Positions 48,867 through 62,610 of a DNA stretch of 64,000 nucleotides are shown one piece after another. The position numbers and the translations under genes were made by a program. The DNA comes from Lama glama (taxonomy: Eukaryota): contig CM052816.1 of assembly GCA_028534125.1 (NCBI GenBank), positions 59,708,001 through 59,772,000 on the forward strand. Direction: 5' to 3'. The notes beneath the pieces were generated by a model, which was not told the origin of the DNA, did not search any database, and was given only the letters and a program-made list of their open reading frames with translations. Positions within the stretch are counted from its first letter, which is position 1, and each line of letters opens with the position of its first letter.

Positions 48867-51800
48867 AGATAACTATTTTTTATCCCATATACACTTTCAG
48901 GTTTTACGGAATCAAAAAAAAATTCTCATAGTTAAATTGTGTTTGAACTGAACAGCATTGTCTATAGCCGTATGTACTTGTACCTGTGTGTGTGTGTGCA
49001 TGTGTCTGGATGCAGGTGTAGGTAACAAGGATGGGTTTTACGACCCTTTAGCCAACCCAAAGACTAGTGAGGGGATCTTCTCCACTGTATCGCCACGCCT
49101 TCCCCGAGTGTGGCAGGGAGCTAAAAGTATCCCAAGCAGTTCACAGAGTCTCAGCTAATTCTCAAGTGAGAGGCAGACATCCTCCAGCTGTATGATCACG
49201 ACGGCATGCGGGCAAGAAGCTGCCTGGGGAATGCCCTGACACCACCTTCTCTGTGGGGCCAACAGATACCTCCGGTCCAAAGGCCAGAGGCGTGTAGGCG
49301 CTGGTCCCGCTTTGCGTGGCCCCTGCTTCTGACCCCGGGGAAGTCACTGCCATTCTCTTCTTGTTAGCAGCTTCCTCTTTCCTTGATTTCCCCCAGTTCC
49401 CTGACTGACTTCCTCCAAGGTACCACCTCACACATCTCTTTCTCTTTCAACACAGATCTAGGTCATCCATGTTCTATTTTCCTTCCTCTGCATGTGGGGT
49501 ATGTGTGGTGTGGCGTGTGGGTCGTAAGGCTTTAGACTCCACTCCCCTCAAAGCCTCTCCTCTGATTTTCCTGGCTTGGAAGAAATAAAAAAGAAAAACG
49601 ACAAATATTTACTGTTTATTTTCTTCTCTTCCTGCCCTAACCATTCTAGTTATTCTTTAGGCAATGTAAATATCTCTGGCTTTACCTGGTATTATGATCA
49701 GGAAATCCAGAAGAGAAAGAAAAGGTCAGAGTTAAATATTTCACAGTTTCATCTTGCTATTTTTTTCACTAGAACATAAGCTCCCTGAGAGCAGACACTT
49801 TGCCCGTTTTTTGTTGTGACAGCTTCAGTGCATGATCTATATAGCATGGCATGTATTAATAAGTCTTCATGGAGTCAGTGCACGAATGATCATGTTTCCA
49901 GTCTTGACTCCTCTAGGGTCCTTTCTCTGTCCATAACTGATCTATTTTTTTCAAGGCATAGTTCAAATCTTCCTCTTTCAAGAAGCTTTCCCAGAGTACC
50001 CGCTTTTCTCTAATCTTTTGGGCACTTTTTGTATCTCACAATACCTTCTGGTTTGGTAGTTCTACGATTTTTAGCTTATTTATTTATTAAAGGCAAATGA
50101 CGTTTTCAGCAACTTTACAATAAGTATTGTAAGTCAATTTCATTCAAGTTGTTTCTTAGAAATCCTTAAAGCAGACTGATGGCATCATTCCAAAGAATTC
50201 AAGAAAAGTAAACTGGGTCAAAACAATGCTCTCTGGGTACACAGCTCTTTGACTCTTTGACTTGTCATTATTCTCTTATTTTTAATATGTGTCTTATTTC
50301 CTCCTCACTTCCTTCATGAACAAAGGATTGTGTGTTTTCCCCTACAGAGATGAGCGTGGCTCATGGCACGTACTAGATTCCTCCTGATTACTTGATTGAT
50401 TTTAAACACTCGAGGGTTATTTCAGGGATTCTAATATTCTTTACATGGAGAATTACGGCAAAAGTGTTCCTCCTAATTTGCAGGGGGCAATTCTCTGGGT
50501 CTTGTTTTGTGGTGTGAATGTTCTGTGGACAGTAAAAGAGAATGTGTGTGACTACAAACACATGTACTCTCCCAGCCTCCATCAGGATAGAAATGATAAA
50601 GCCCATGAAAATGATTAAACCTTCTGGCGGTGTTTCTATTTATCTGAAATGTTGCCTCTGACGACGAGAAAATTAAAATTCGAGAATGCCTGGGCTCTTG
50701 AATGTTCTTTTCCTTTTCAAAACTTTGTCTCAGTTCAGAGCTGCCTTAGTGATTTTTTGCCAGCAACTGAAGGGAAGGGAATATTTGTGCCACAGTATTT
50801 GTCTTCATTTCAGCAATGAAAACAAATTGTTCAAAGGCCACTGGCAGCACAACTCAAATCTGAGGAGGTGATTTTTATTACACATCAATTGTTCATATTG
50901 AGTAATGAAGGAATAATATCGATGGGCTTTCATACTACACTCCAGTCAACTACAGAATCTTTAAACGAAAACAAGCAAAAGATAATGAAAGAAAAATAAA
51001 TGAGAACGTCATTAAACAGGGAAGCCTGCACAAATCAGAACAAGGCTGTGATTCCTTACCCCCAGATCTAGCTCTGCTGGATGGGGATGAAATGATGAGA
51101 GTTTGTGTAATACGTAGCCCAAGCACCATCTCCTTTTACCACAAATCCCTCATCTCAGCATTTTATATTCTTGAGCTCTAGTGCTCCTCCCTGGTAAAGC
51201 AAACACATGCATGTGGTTAGTGGTTTCTCTACAATTATAAAGCAATTAGAGTTGTTGAGCACTATTCTAATGGAGGATGTTTAGACATGAACTTCAACAA
51301 AGATTTAAAAAAGAATCACGAACATCTAAAGGGCAGTGGCTTCTAAGCGTGTGTATTTTCTCCTGGTATCTTTTAATTTGTTTACAAAAGTAATATAGTT
51401 TTTGCTTTGATAATAATTTAGAGGGAAGAGTCATTTTGTAAGTATGTTCTAGCCTGAAAAACTTCATGTGTTTGGTGAATGGGTCACCCCAACCCAGATG
51501 AATTTTACAAGCGTTCTGAGTCTCCTGAAATTTGGACAATTTCTAGGTGCCTGAACACCAGAAGGGAGTGCATTAGACGAGGTAGAAAGCATCTTTCAGG
51601 ATAATATGTACTTTTCACATTAGGACTGATCTTTGATCCTTTTGTCTACTCCAGCCAGATGTTAATTGCCTAGTATTTCCCATATTCTCAACATGCCAGG
51701 CAACTGGCAAAAATAATCCAGGACTGTTAGCAAAAAAAAAAAAAAAAAAGCATCATTATCTTTTGGTGAATCTGGATAAAGTAAAAAATGAGAAACAGGA

Positions 51801-52369
51801 GCCAGTAACAGACCATGAGTTTTACAGACTAGAGTTAAACCCCTCTTCAGGCTCAGAATCACACAGAAAGTTACAGAAAAAATGCTGCAGAAAAGATTCC
51901 TTGTTTTTATTCACAAGGGAAAAAAATCACTGTAATGTCATCTCTGGTTAAAAAGACATTATCTAAGGAAAAAAAAAACTTTCAAACCAATCCAAAGTCC
52001 AGTCATAACATCCAGTCCTTGGGAAAAATGTAGATTCTAGTTTCTTCACTGTACCATAACTGGGAAAAAACATCTAAGACTGGAAAAAAGAAAAACACTT
52101 ATAGGTAGGTTTCCAATGTCCTTATCATTAAAATGGAAATAATTATATTGGCAATGACAATAAGCACTGAGCAGGGACAGGCCATAGGGACAGAATCCTC
52201 AGAGCATTAGTGTAAAATGAGAGAAAACTAAAGATCAGGTCTGATGGGTACTGACCCTACAATATATTTGATAACTGTGACCTAATCTTTATATCTCTGT
52301 TTTTGTTTGATATTTCTTTCACCAGCTTATCTAGTGTCATATTAGAGAATTGTGGACAATTTGGATTCA

Positions 52370-52745
52370 AGTTAGCTTATAAACTTGGCTTCTTTAACAA
52401 AGATTCAAAAATAACAATGGCTTAAACAGAATAGAAATTAATTTCTCTTTCACAAAATAGTCTGAATATAGTGGTGACAGTGTCAGGGTCTCAGACTTTT
52501 TTTTTGCTCTGCCAAACTTAACCTTCATCTTCCCTTTGTGCTCTAAAACAGCTCCTCCACCTCTTGCCTTCACTTGAGAAAGGGCCCTTTCTTTAAAGGC
52601 AGGTATCAGAATCTTCGCCTGTCCCTGATTCACATTCATCTGGCTGGAGCTTGGTCATGCGACCATACCCTGGCTGAACAGGTGACTGGAGATGTAGTCT
52701 TTCAACTGGAACTTATGTGCCCCTAGTAAAACCGAGTGGGTCTCT
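52370..52745 (-). mobile_element. MLT1J-like MaLR LTR
   Basis: aataacaatggcttaaacagaatagaa...ttggtcatgcgaccataccctggctg...gactggagatgtagtcttt. Confidence 0.75.
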
Positions 52746-53499
52746 TCTTATTTTTCATGCTCAATTCACTAATGGTCCTTGAGCATTTCACCTGGCTTTC
52801 AGGATTCTTCTATATTAGGGACAAAATTTACTTTCAGAGACACTTTATGTGCTTTGTTAACAGTTCGGGGTACTTTCCATCTATTTATTTGTAAATCTCC
52901 AACAGCAAGCAACTTACACTAATGGTCTTACTTGCCCATGCTGGCCAGTTTCCCCTGAGAGATACCCCTGACATTAGGCTGAAATTTTAGTTTATTTTTG
53001 CCTGCTATAACATTTAGCATAGTACTCTAGTCTTACTAAATTAAGACTCTAAATTGCCTTTTGGAATCTTTGGTTGTCAGGTTTGCTGTATGTGTATGTG
53101 TGTGTGTGAATAAAAATTTTATTTTATTGGTGAGTGAGGGATGGCCTTGATTGGGGTGGGGGAATGAGCTTGGTAATTTGAAAGAACAACTAGAAAATCC
53201 AGATAAGATTTTTTAAATATTTGGAGACATCCCAGAGAAAACAGCCAGTGAAAAATACTGGGGCTATATTTTAAAAGAAGAAGGAAGCTGAGAGGTAAGG
53301 CATTTGGGTTCACTTTGTGGCTCCTAAGGGCATCCGTAAATTCCAAAAAGAACCTGACCAGAGTATGCCTCAGATGCACAGGTCCATCCTCCTTATAATA
53401 ATTCATCAAGCTATAAAATTAAGATCTGTATCATTTCAATGTGTGATATATTTAAAAATTTTAAAGTATGTTTGAAATGAAACAAGTGAAAGAAATTGC

Positions 53500-54850
53500 A
53501 TAGAAAATAATATAACAAATACCTATGAGCCCATGGTTAAAATTATTTTATTATTTAAAAAATTTATTTTGTATTTCTCTTTCTATATTGATTAGAAATG
53601 TTTTAGATACAGCCAGAGTTCTACCCCGATCTGTGTTTCCCCTTTAGAGGAAACACCATACTAAATTTGGTACACCATTCTTATGCAGGACTTGTACTTT
53701 TACTGTATATACAGTAAACATTCATAAAGAATCTGGTCTCATACCTTGGGTTTTAAGTTTTATACAGAATATCACTAAGTATCTTTTGCAACTTGTACTT
53801 ATCACTCCATATTGTTTTTGAGATTTACATGTTGAAATGTATAGATCAAATCTATTCATTTAGACTCCTTTGTATAATTTCAGCGTGTGGATAAGCCAAT
53901 TTATTATTCATTCCCTGACTGAAGGGCAGGTAGACAGTCTCCACACGTTTGCTGCTAAAATCATTGCTGCAGCAAATGTCACTGGATATATCTCTTTGTC
54001 CTCAAGTTTGAGAGCCTCTATAGCAAGCATCTAGAAAGGAAAAGACAAGGCACTGGGGCAGACATATTTTTAACCTGACCACATAATGTCAGATCTCTCT
54101 CCAGCATGGCTGTCATAATGAAATTCCCACAAGCAGTGGGAAGACTTCCCATTTCCCCACATTCTTGCCAGTACTTGGTATGACCAGGCCGGGTTATTAC
54201 TTTATGTTTTGGGGGAGTTTGCAATGGTAACTCAATGTTGTTTTACTTTATATTTTCCTGACTACTGGTGAATTTTGATGTATTTTCCTTATGTTTACTG
54301 GACATTATTTTTTTCTCTTTGTGAATTACATGTTAAAAATTGATCATTTTTTTTCTATTAGGTTCATTGCACTTTTCTTACTGATTTTTAGAAGATTTCA
54401 AAATATATTCTAGAACTTTATTTTCTGTCTGATAAATGGGTTGCCAATATCTTCTCCCAAAGTATATGTCTTTCTGTCACAATGAAGCTTGTATTATTAA
54501 AAGAAAATTTTGTTATTAGTGACAATGTAGTTTCAATGTGTCAGTCATTACATTTTGTTAGTGTTTTTTTCTCTATCTTAATTAAGATACAACTCCTTAT
54601 TCCAATGACATTACTTTTCTTTTCTAGTGCTTTTAAGGTTTTGCTTTTCAAACCTGAGCCATCTGGCATTAAGGTCTGTGTATAGTATGAGGTACATATA
54701 TCAATATATCATTTAGTATTATCTATAGAACGCCACAGTAGTAACAGAAGTTTCCATCCTTTCCCCAGTTAATTGAAATGCCATCTCCCTTACAGGCCTA
54801 GCTCAAATATATTCATAAGTTATTTTAGAATGTACACCGCATTCATCCCT
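53500..54850 (-). mobile_element. Old L1ME-type 3' region
   Basis: ttttgagatttacatgttg; ccacattcttgccagtacttggtat; tctttgtgaattac. Confidence 0.65.
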
Positions 54851-54859
54851 GCATGAAGG

Positions 54860-57460
54860 TCTCAGATTCTATCCAGTATCATTTCTCACCAGCTTTAAGG
54901 AGTTCCTTTAATGTTTCACGTACTGAAGCTGTACCCTTGACACATTCTCTGTTTTTGTTTCTATAAAGATGTCTTTAATTTGTCTTTCCTTTTCAAAGGA
55001 TATTTCCAATGGATATACAATTATAGGTTGATTTGGGTTTTTTTTTCTTTTCAGCACTTTCAAATATTGTTCCATTATCTTCACTACTTTATTTCTCTTG
55101 AGATACTAGCAAAGTATTTAAGATCAGTTTTCTTTTTCTTTTTTCCTCTGGCAGCTTTTAAGATTTTCTATTTATCTTTGCTTTTCAGCCACTTGATTAC
55201 GATGTATCTTGGTGTGGTTTCCTTTGTGTTAATTCTACTAGAAGTTTTAAAAGACTTTTGGAAATAAGGATCTATAATTTTCATTGAATTTGGTAATATT
55301 TTAGTCATTATTTCTTCAAATGTTTTTTCCACCCCAATCTCTCCTTTTCTTCTGAGTCTCTAATGATACATATTTTTGCTTCCTGTCCAACAGGTCACTA
55401 GAGCTCTGTTTATTATTTTCTTTTTTTTTTTTCACTCCATGTGTCTAAATTTGAATAGTTCCTATTGACTTACTTTCAGATTCACTAATATTTTCTTTGG
55501 CAGTTCTCAATCTACTTTTAAGCACACTTAACAGTTTTTAAAATTTTTAGATATTTCATTATTTTAGTTTTAGAATTTCTGTGCAGCTCTTTTCTAGAGT
55601 TTATGCTTCTCCAGTGAGCTTGCCTGCCCATTCTTTCATGATGGTCAGCCTTTCCTCTAAGCCCTTGAACATACTTCTAATCACTGTTCTAATGTCTTGT
55701 GTGCCAATTCCAACATCTGCTTCATCTTTGGCTGGTTTTTAATTTAATTTCATTTTTAAATTAATTTTTATTTTTAAACAATTTTAAAGGCTATTTTCCA
55801 TCTACAGGTATTACAAAATATTGGCTATGCTTCCCGTGTTGTACAATACATGCTTGAGTCTACCTTATACCCAGTAGTTTGTATCTCCCACTCCCCTATC
55901 CTTTTACTGCTCCTTCCCTCCCTGGCTGGTAACCACTACTTTGTTCTCTGTATTTGTGACTCTGCTTCTTTTTTGTATATTCACTAGTTTGTTGTATTTT
56001 TTAGATTCCACTTATAAGCAATATCATTCAGTATTTGTCTTTCTGTCTGAATTATTTCACTTAGCATAATGCCCTCCAAGTCCATTCATGTTGCTGCAAA
56101 TGGCAAAATTTCATTCTTTTCATGGCTGAGTAGTATTTCATTGTGTGTGTATATATATGTGTATCTCACATCTATATGCATATATATACATATATGTGTG
56201 TGTGTGTATATATCATATTTCCTTTATCCAATCATCTGTTGATGGACATTTGTGTTGTTTCTATGTCTTAGGAATTGTAAATAATGCTGCTACGAACACT
56301 GAGGTGTATGTTTTTCAAATTAGTGTTTTGGTTTTTTCAGATGTATACCTTGGAGTAGAATTTGCTGGGGTATATGGTAGTTCTATTTTTAGTTTTTTGA
56401 GAAACCTCCATACTGTTTTCCACAGTGGTTGCACCAATTTATATTTCCACCTTCAGTGATGAGGGTTCCCTTTTCTCCATATCCTTGCCAACATTTGTTG
56501 ACTTTTTGATGATAGCCATACTGACAGGTGTGAGGTGGTATCTCAAGGGGTTTTGATTTGCAATTCCCTGATGATTAGCAATGTTGAGTACTTTTTCATG
56601 TGCCTATTGGCCATCTGCATTTCTTCTTTGGAAAAATGTCTGGTCAATTTTGATTGTTTTTATTGACTATTTTCTCTCCAAGTGTGGGTCACGTCTTCCT
56701 GCTTCTTGACATGTCTAACAATTTTTTATTGTATGGCCAACTTCATGGATGCTCCATTGTTGAGAGTTTGGCTTATACTGTGTTCCATTAAGGAGTGTGA
56801 AATGTTCTGGTGGATCAGCTTGATCCTATTGAAGCTTGATTTTAGACATTTTAAGATGAGTCTAGAATAGCCCTTACTCTGAGGCCAGAGTAGCTCTACT
56901 GCTAAGGGCATAGTATTTCTGAAGTTTTAATTGAGTCCTGAGTTGTTCATGAGGTCTCCCTATTTTGGCCTGGCAGAACTCCAATGTTTTACTTTTAGAA
57001 TCCTGGATCTCTTCATTGTCTCCTAGAAACTGTTCACTGCAGGCTTCCCTGAGTCTTGCTCTGTGCATTCACAACTTAGTATTTGGCTACAGAGTCCCGA
57101 GGACTCTTATGGAGATTTTGAGTGTCTCTCCTCTGTACAACTCTTTCTTCCTAGTACCCTGCTCCTATAAATCCCAGCCACCTCAGCAGCCCCAAACTCT
57201 GAGATTTTTATTCTCTTTCCAGGCCCACCATTGCACTGATAGGTCCCTACATTCCTGTTTGAATGGAAAGTGTCCCCCAGTTTAGAAAGTACCCTCAGGC
57301 AGAGGGCTAGGTGAATGTGGAACTCACCTCATCCCTTCACTTGAGGAGCAGAGCCCTATGCTGCCTGTTGTCCAATGCCTAGGAACATCTGTTTTAGATG
57401 TATTTACAGTGGGAAGGTGAGTGTGATCCTTATTATTCCACTACTCCCAGAATCAAAGGT
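54860..57460 (-). mobile_element. Old L1M 5'UTR/ORF1 region, interrupted by a younger L1 at 55737-56642
   Basis: ORF1-like antisense text (tcattatttcttcaaat; aattccaacatctg) resumes after 56645 and ends in a 5'-end-like ttattccactactcccagaatc. Confidence 0.7.
55737..56642 (-). mobile_element. Younger cetartiodactyl L1 3' ~0.9 kb
   Basis: attacaaaatattggctat...cccgtgttgtacaata; ccattcatgttgctgcaaatggcaaaatttcattc; tttgagaaacctccatactgttttccacagtgg. Confidence 0.9.
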
Positions 57461-57539
57461 ATCTACTTACAAATTTTAAAGTCTGTTATATCTGAATTTC
57501 GGCCCCTTCTTTATTTTCAGCATTGTAACTCGTGCCATC

Positions 57540-57780
57540 TCATCTGCTTTCTTGGGCAATCTAATTAGAGTCTGTTCTTTAGACTCAGACTAGAGCTACA
57601 TCATCAGCTCTCCTGGGTCTCCAGCTTGTGAGTCAAAGATCCTGGGACTTCTCAGCCTCCATAACCCCATAAGCCAAATCCTTATAATAAATCTGTCTAT
57701 CAATCTATCAGTCTAACTTCCTTCCTTCCTTCCTGTCTTTCTGTCTGTCTGTCTGTCTATCTATCTATCATGGTTTGTTT
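57540..57780 (+). mobile_element. MLT2-type ERVL LTR fragment with (TCTA/TCTG)n
   Basis: catcagctctcctgggtctccagcttg...gggacttctcagcctccataa...ccttataataaatct. Confidence 0.8.
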
Positions 57781-57789
57781 CTTCATTCT

Positions 57790-58275
57790 CTTACCCATGT
57801 CTTTCACAGAGAAGTACCTTAATTACATTAAAATTCTGCTTATCAATTTTTCTTTCATAGGTTATCCATTTTAGTTTTGTAGCTAAAAGCTCATCTCTAA
57901 ACCCACAAGTTCACGAATTTTTCTTCCATGTTGTCTTCTAGAAGCATTACAGTTTTTCATTTTACACCTAGCTCTACGATCCATTTGAGTTAACTTTTGA
58001 AGAAGGTATAAGGTCTTATCTAGGCTTTTATTGTGCATATGGACATCCAGTTGTTGACATCCAGCACCATTTGCTGAGAAGACTATGTTTTCTCCATTGA
58101 ATTGCCTTTTTTCCTTGGTCAAAGATCAACTGGATATATGTATGTGGATATCTTTCTGGGCCCTCTATCTGTCTCATTAGTCTTTTGTCTGTTCTTTCAT
58201 CAAGCCCATATTGCCTTGATTACTGAAGATTTACAGTAAATCTTGAAATCAGTCCTCTACCTGTGTTCTTTTTCA
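57790..58275 (-). mobile_element. L1MC/MD ORF2 3' fragment
   Basis: gatccatttgagttaacttttg; ccagcaccatttgctgagaagact; tctccattgaattgcctt. Confidence 0.85.
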
Positions 58276-58380
58276 TCAGTGCTTGACTTCCTTTTCCCCT
58301 CTCATCCTCCTGCACGATGCTTACACTTACCAAATCACACGTTAGTATCGGAATCTTGTGTTCTACATATGAAAGACCAG

Positions 58381-58783
58381 TGTTATGAACTTAATGTTTG
58401 TGTCCTGCCCAACCCCCCACCAAACTCATATACTCCCAGTGTGCCTGTACTTGGAGATGAGGCTTCTAAGGAAGTAATTACATTTAAATGAAGTCATAAG
58501 GATGGAGCATATAAGGGTGTCCATGTAAGAGGAGACATCAGAGCTACCCCCTCAACCCTCTATCTCTCTCCCCACCCCTCCCTGTCTCATGCATGCACCA
58601 AGGAAAGGCCATGGTGCAAAGAAGGCAGACATCTACAAGCCAGGAAGAAAGGTCTCACCAGAAACAGACCTTGACAGCTTCTTAACCTTGGAGTTCTGTC
58701 CTCCAAAACTGTGAGAGAAGACATTTCATTGTTTAGGCTATCCAGTCTGGTTTTTGTTATGGCAGCCAGAACAGGCCAAAACA
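58381..58783 (+). mobile_element. MLT1A-like MaLR solo LTR with 5-bp TSD
   Basis: tgttatgaacttaatgtttgtgtcc...ttgttatggcagccagaacaggccaaaaca; flanks accag / cccag. Confidence 0.88.
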
Positions 58784-58809
58784 CCCAGAATAAGATGAAG
58801 TCTAACTTT

Positions 58810-60700
58810 TGTAACTATCAAGTAGGTGGATTCTGTTTTCTTAATCCTTAATCTGATAACCCTTCTCTTTTAACTGATGAGGTTAGTTCATCTAAAGTTG
58901 TTCTATCCCTAGTAGTTTTCATTTTTTGTCCTCTTCTCAAAACAAGTATTAGACTGATATATTTTCCTTAATCCTTTCTTCCCTTTCATTAGTTAGGAAA
59001 TTACACATTTAATCTTTATGGTGTTATGGTTTACTCTTTGATTTTAAAAATGCATGCATGTCTGAGCAAAGTTCAAAGTGAATCAATAATTTTACCACAT
59101 TTCCAAATAATATAAGGGCTTCAGAAACTTTGATTCTGATTACCCCATCTTCTCTCATATGTCATGTTCTCAAATTTTTATTTCAATGTTTTTATGAATC
59201 TCATTGTTCGTAATTATTTTCATTTTTTATCTTGCTAACATGTGTTTAGATTTACCCTACGTTTGCCAATTGTTTTACCCACTATTGCTTTTGGAAAGCC
59301 TCTTTTCCTTCTGGGTCCAAGTTTCTTTTTTCTGAGGTAAATACCTTAATCATTGCTTTAGTGAGGGTATGTGGGTGGTAAAGTCTCTGTGTCTTTTTGT
59401 TTAAAACTGTCTTTTTTATGCTTTCAATCTTGATCGATAGTTTGTCTAATTTATAATTCTAGGTTGACAGTTGTTTATCTCAGTAATATGAAGATGTTAT
59501 CCAATTGTACTCTGGCCTTTACTGTTACTATGAGGAGTCTATTGTCAATAGTTTTTCCTTTATTTATCTTACTTATAACTTTAAATTCTTGGATCTAAGT
59601 TTTCGTGTTTTGCATCAATTTTATAAAATTCTCTGACACCATCTTGCTACTACTGGACTCTTCCTTATTCTCTTTCTTTTCCCTCCCTTTTGGTAGACAT
59701 ATATTAGATCTTTTCATTCCCTCTTCATGTTCCTGAATCTCTCCTTTATGTTTTTACTTTCCTCGATTGCATTTTACTTAATTTTCTCAGATCTATCTTC
59801 TAGTTCAATATTTTTGCTTCAGCTGTTTCTAATATGATCCACAAACCATTTATTTACTGCTGAATTTTAAAAGTTCTGTTTGATTTATTTTAATCTGCTT
59901 GGTATTTGTTTGTGTATTTCTTACAGTTTTGATTCTTTTTATTACCTTTAATTATCTGAACACAAGAATTTTATATTCTTCATTAGAATATGAAAATATT
60001 GATCTCCCAGTGCGGCTACCTGTCACGTCTTTACTTTCTCACCCACCTTGGATTGTTGACTTGGGAAAACCGAACTTGAGAGGTACTCTGCTGGTGGGAG
60101 TCGTGGAGCACATATGCTGTGGAGTGGTGGGGTCTTTGTGTCTGACAAGGGCCCTGGAATTATCATTGATACAGAAAAACATGGGTGTCCATTTCCCAGT
60201 GTGAGGTCCTAGAGGACCTTGAGGGGAGTGTAAACCCAAACCTCGCATTTGTGTATACAACAGACTCAAACTATGAACCTCCCAGGAACTTGGGCAGAGA
60301 CAGGTAAACTTTCCTGCTGCCTGCTTGTATCACTGTGCACTGCATTTTCAGTCCTGCATTTCACTCAGGGACAGCCCTTTAAATTTCCCTGGTCTCTCCT
60401 CATGGGCTTAAGGATTTCTTCTGTTACCCTAAGGATCTTAAAATAAAAGCTCTTAGGGTACTTGAGCCAGGAAAGTCCTAACCCCTGATTTGCACTCCCA
60501 CACACTTCCCCCCTAGGTTAACCAACAAGGGAAGCCTCAGAGTGCCTCATGAGATTATGCTCTGCTTTTCAGATTACCCACCACCTGAGAATTGCTCTGA
60601 CTTTTCCTGCTGTCTCAACCATGCATTTTGCACAATGTTCTATTTTGTGTACTTGTGGGGAGGGGTTCAGGAAAATGAATTCACATTACTTAAGGAACAA
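58810..60700 (-). mobile_element. HAL1 / old L1M remnant
   Basis: tataattctaggttgacagttgttt; atgaggagtctattgtca; ctcagatctatcttctagttca. Confidence 0.55.
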
Positions 60701-61339
60701 GAAACCTTGAATTTGCTTCTTTAATTAAATGTCTCAAATTTTCAAGAGTTTGATAAAAATTGTATGCCAGATCTAAAGTTCCTTTAATATTTGGTCTACC
60801 TAAATGACACTCAAGGAAAAGTAATGTAAGCGTGGTTGTAGTGATTACAGAGCCAGGGCTTGATGTTTCCTGGGAGAATATCTTCTAGGAAGTATTTTTC
60901 TATATTCAGTAACCTTGTTAGTAGCCTGAATCACTGCACAAGCACTAGGTGTCATTGAAACCTCAAGTTTTCATGAATAGAAAGAAATGACACTCCAATT
61001 TGGGGGCTCAAATTAACATGCAGAATACATTAATTAACTGTATTTTATGTTCACCTACTGTATCATACACTAATTTGAACTTGTGGCTTTTTGCCCTGAG
61101 AATATGAGATGCGAGTTGGACAGCTGGTTAAATCTCCTTTAAAGAAGTACAAGTGTATTAAGGAAACAAAGAGGAATATATTGGCAGGAGAAGACTCACC
61201 TTGTGTTGATAACACATGGATCAAATGCCTCTCTTCATTTGTTTATGAGCATCTTTAAGGCAGGCAAAGCGATGTACAATTGATCTGAGAATCTCTAAAG
61301 TAAACCATCAAGCTTGCCACATGGTAGGTGCTAAATAAC

Positions 61340-61460
61340 TGCAGAAAGAAGGAGAGAGAGTGTGAGGATGGGAGGAAGGAAGGAAGGGAGGAAAAATGTA
61401 AGGATGGAAAGAAGACAGAAAGGGAGGGAGAGAGGGAGAAACGAAGGAAGGGAGGAGGTA
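61340..61460. repeat. (GGAA/GA)n polypurine tract at an L2 tail
   Basis: gggaggaaggaaggaagggagg..., following cacatggtaggtgctaaataa. Confidence 0.8.
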
Positions 61461-61844
61461 ACTTCTGCCCATCATGATAAAACCTACAGAGTAAAAGGAA
61501 ACCTAACCCACCTCCAAAACCTGGGTATCTGGGGCATAAATGCAGGTGTCCTTGAGAATTACCTCAAATTCTTAAGTTCAGTGAAATCTTACAGACTCCA
61601 TCAATATGATTAAAGAGTTTAGCTTTTGCAGTGAAGATTACATAAGAACGTTTTAAGTTGCTTGTCTGGACTGGAGGAATCTGTGTTCTCAGTGGACTAT
61701 GCTACTTGAAAGTCTCTGTGGAAGTTGGGGAGCGTGCAGACCAGGTCAGCAAATCTTAATACTCGGATGAGTCAAATATTTCTGAGCTGCACCCATGTTT
61801 ATTTTTTTTCTTTAACATCAATCTTAGTAATATTTTAAAAAAAA

Positions 61845-62134
61845 TTTTATTGAAGTGTAGTTGATTTACAATGTTGTGTTAGCTTCAGGTATACAGCAAT
61901 GTGATTCATTTATATATATATACATACATACATATATGTATTATTTTATTATATATATTCTTTTTTAGATTCTTTTCCATTATAGATTATTAAAAGATAT
62001 TGAATATAGTTCCTTGTGCTATACAGTAGGTCCTTGTTGTTTATCTATTTTATGTATAGTAGTTGTGTGTATGTTAATCCCATGGTTACCAAAGGGGGAA
62101 GGGGCCTGTAAATTAGGAGTTCAGGATTAATATA
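61845..62134 (-). mobile_element. L1 3'-UTR stub with inverted 5' segment
   Basis: Antisense L1 end from 61845 to ...tatgttaatccc (62081), then sense atggttaccaaaggggg...aggattaatata (62082-62134). Confidence 0.85.
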
Positions 62135-62610
62135 TGATTTGAGGGATGTTTCTTACTTTCTTAATGACCTAAACTTCAGTTTCATCCTGACCCATTTCTT
62201 ATAAATTCCCATGTCTTCTCCTTTGGCAAAAACTAGATTCCATAGGCAGGACAGGATGGTAGAAAGCTCTTGTTTTTCCCCTGCTGTTGCACAGACCATC
62301 AACTGTATAAATATTTCAAGTACAAGAGGTATTATGACTAAACTGTACATTCAATAAACCTCTTTTCAGCTCAAAGGGAAAATTTCCTTGACTTGGGCAG
62401 GGCAGTTCAACGACACCCAAATGAAATAATGAATGTGAAAGCACTCTGAAAGTCAAGCATCCTGTCAGGTCATTACTGCATTAATGTGGTGAGTGTCATT
62501 CTCTGCATTAGGATATGGGATGACGCTGACCAGCCATGGATAGATATACAGCTAAATGCTAGCGCAGCAGGGAAATGTAGTATCCCATTCTGCTCAAACT
62601 GTTGCCTCCT

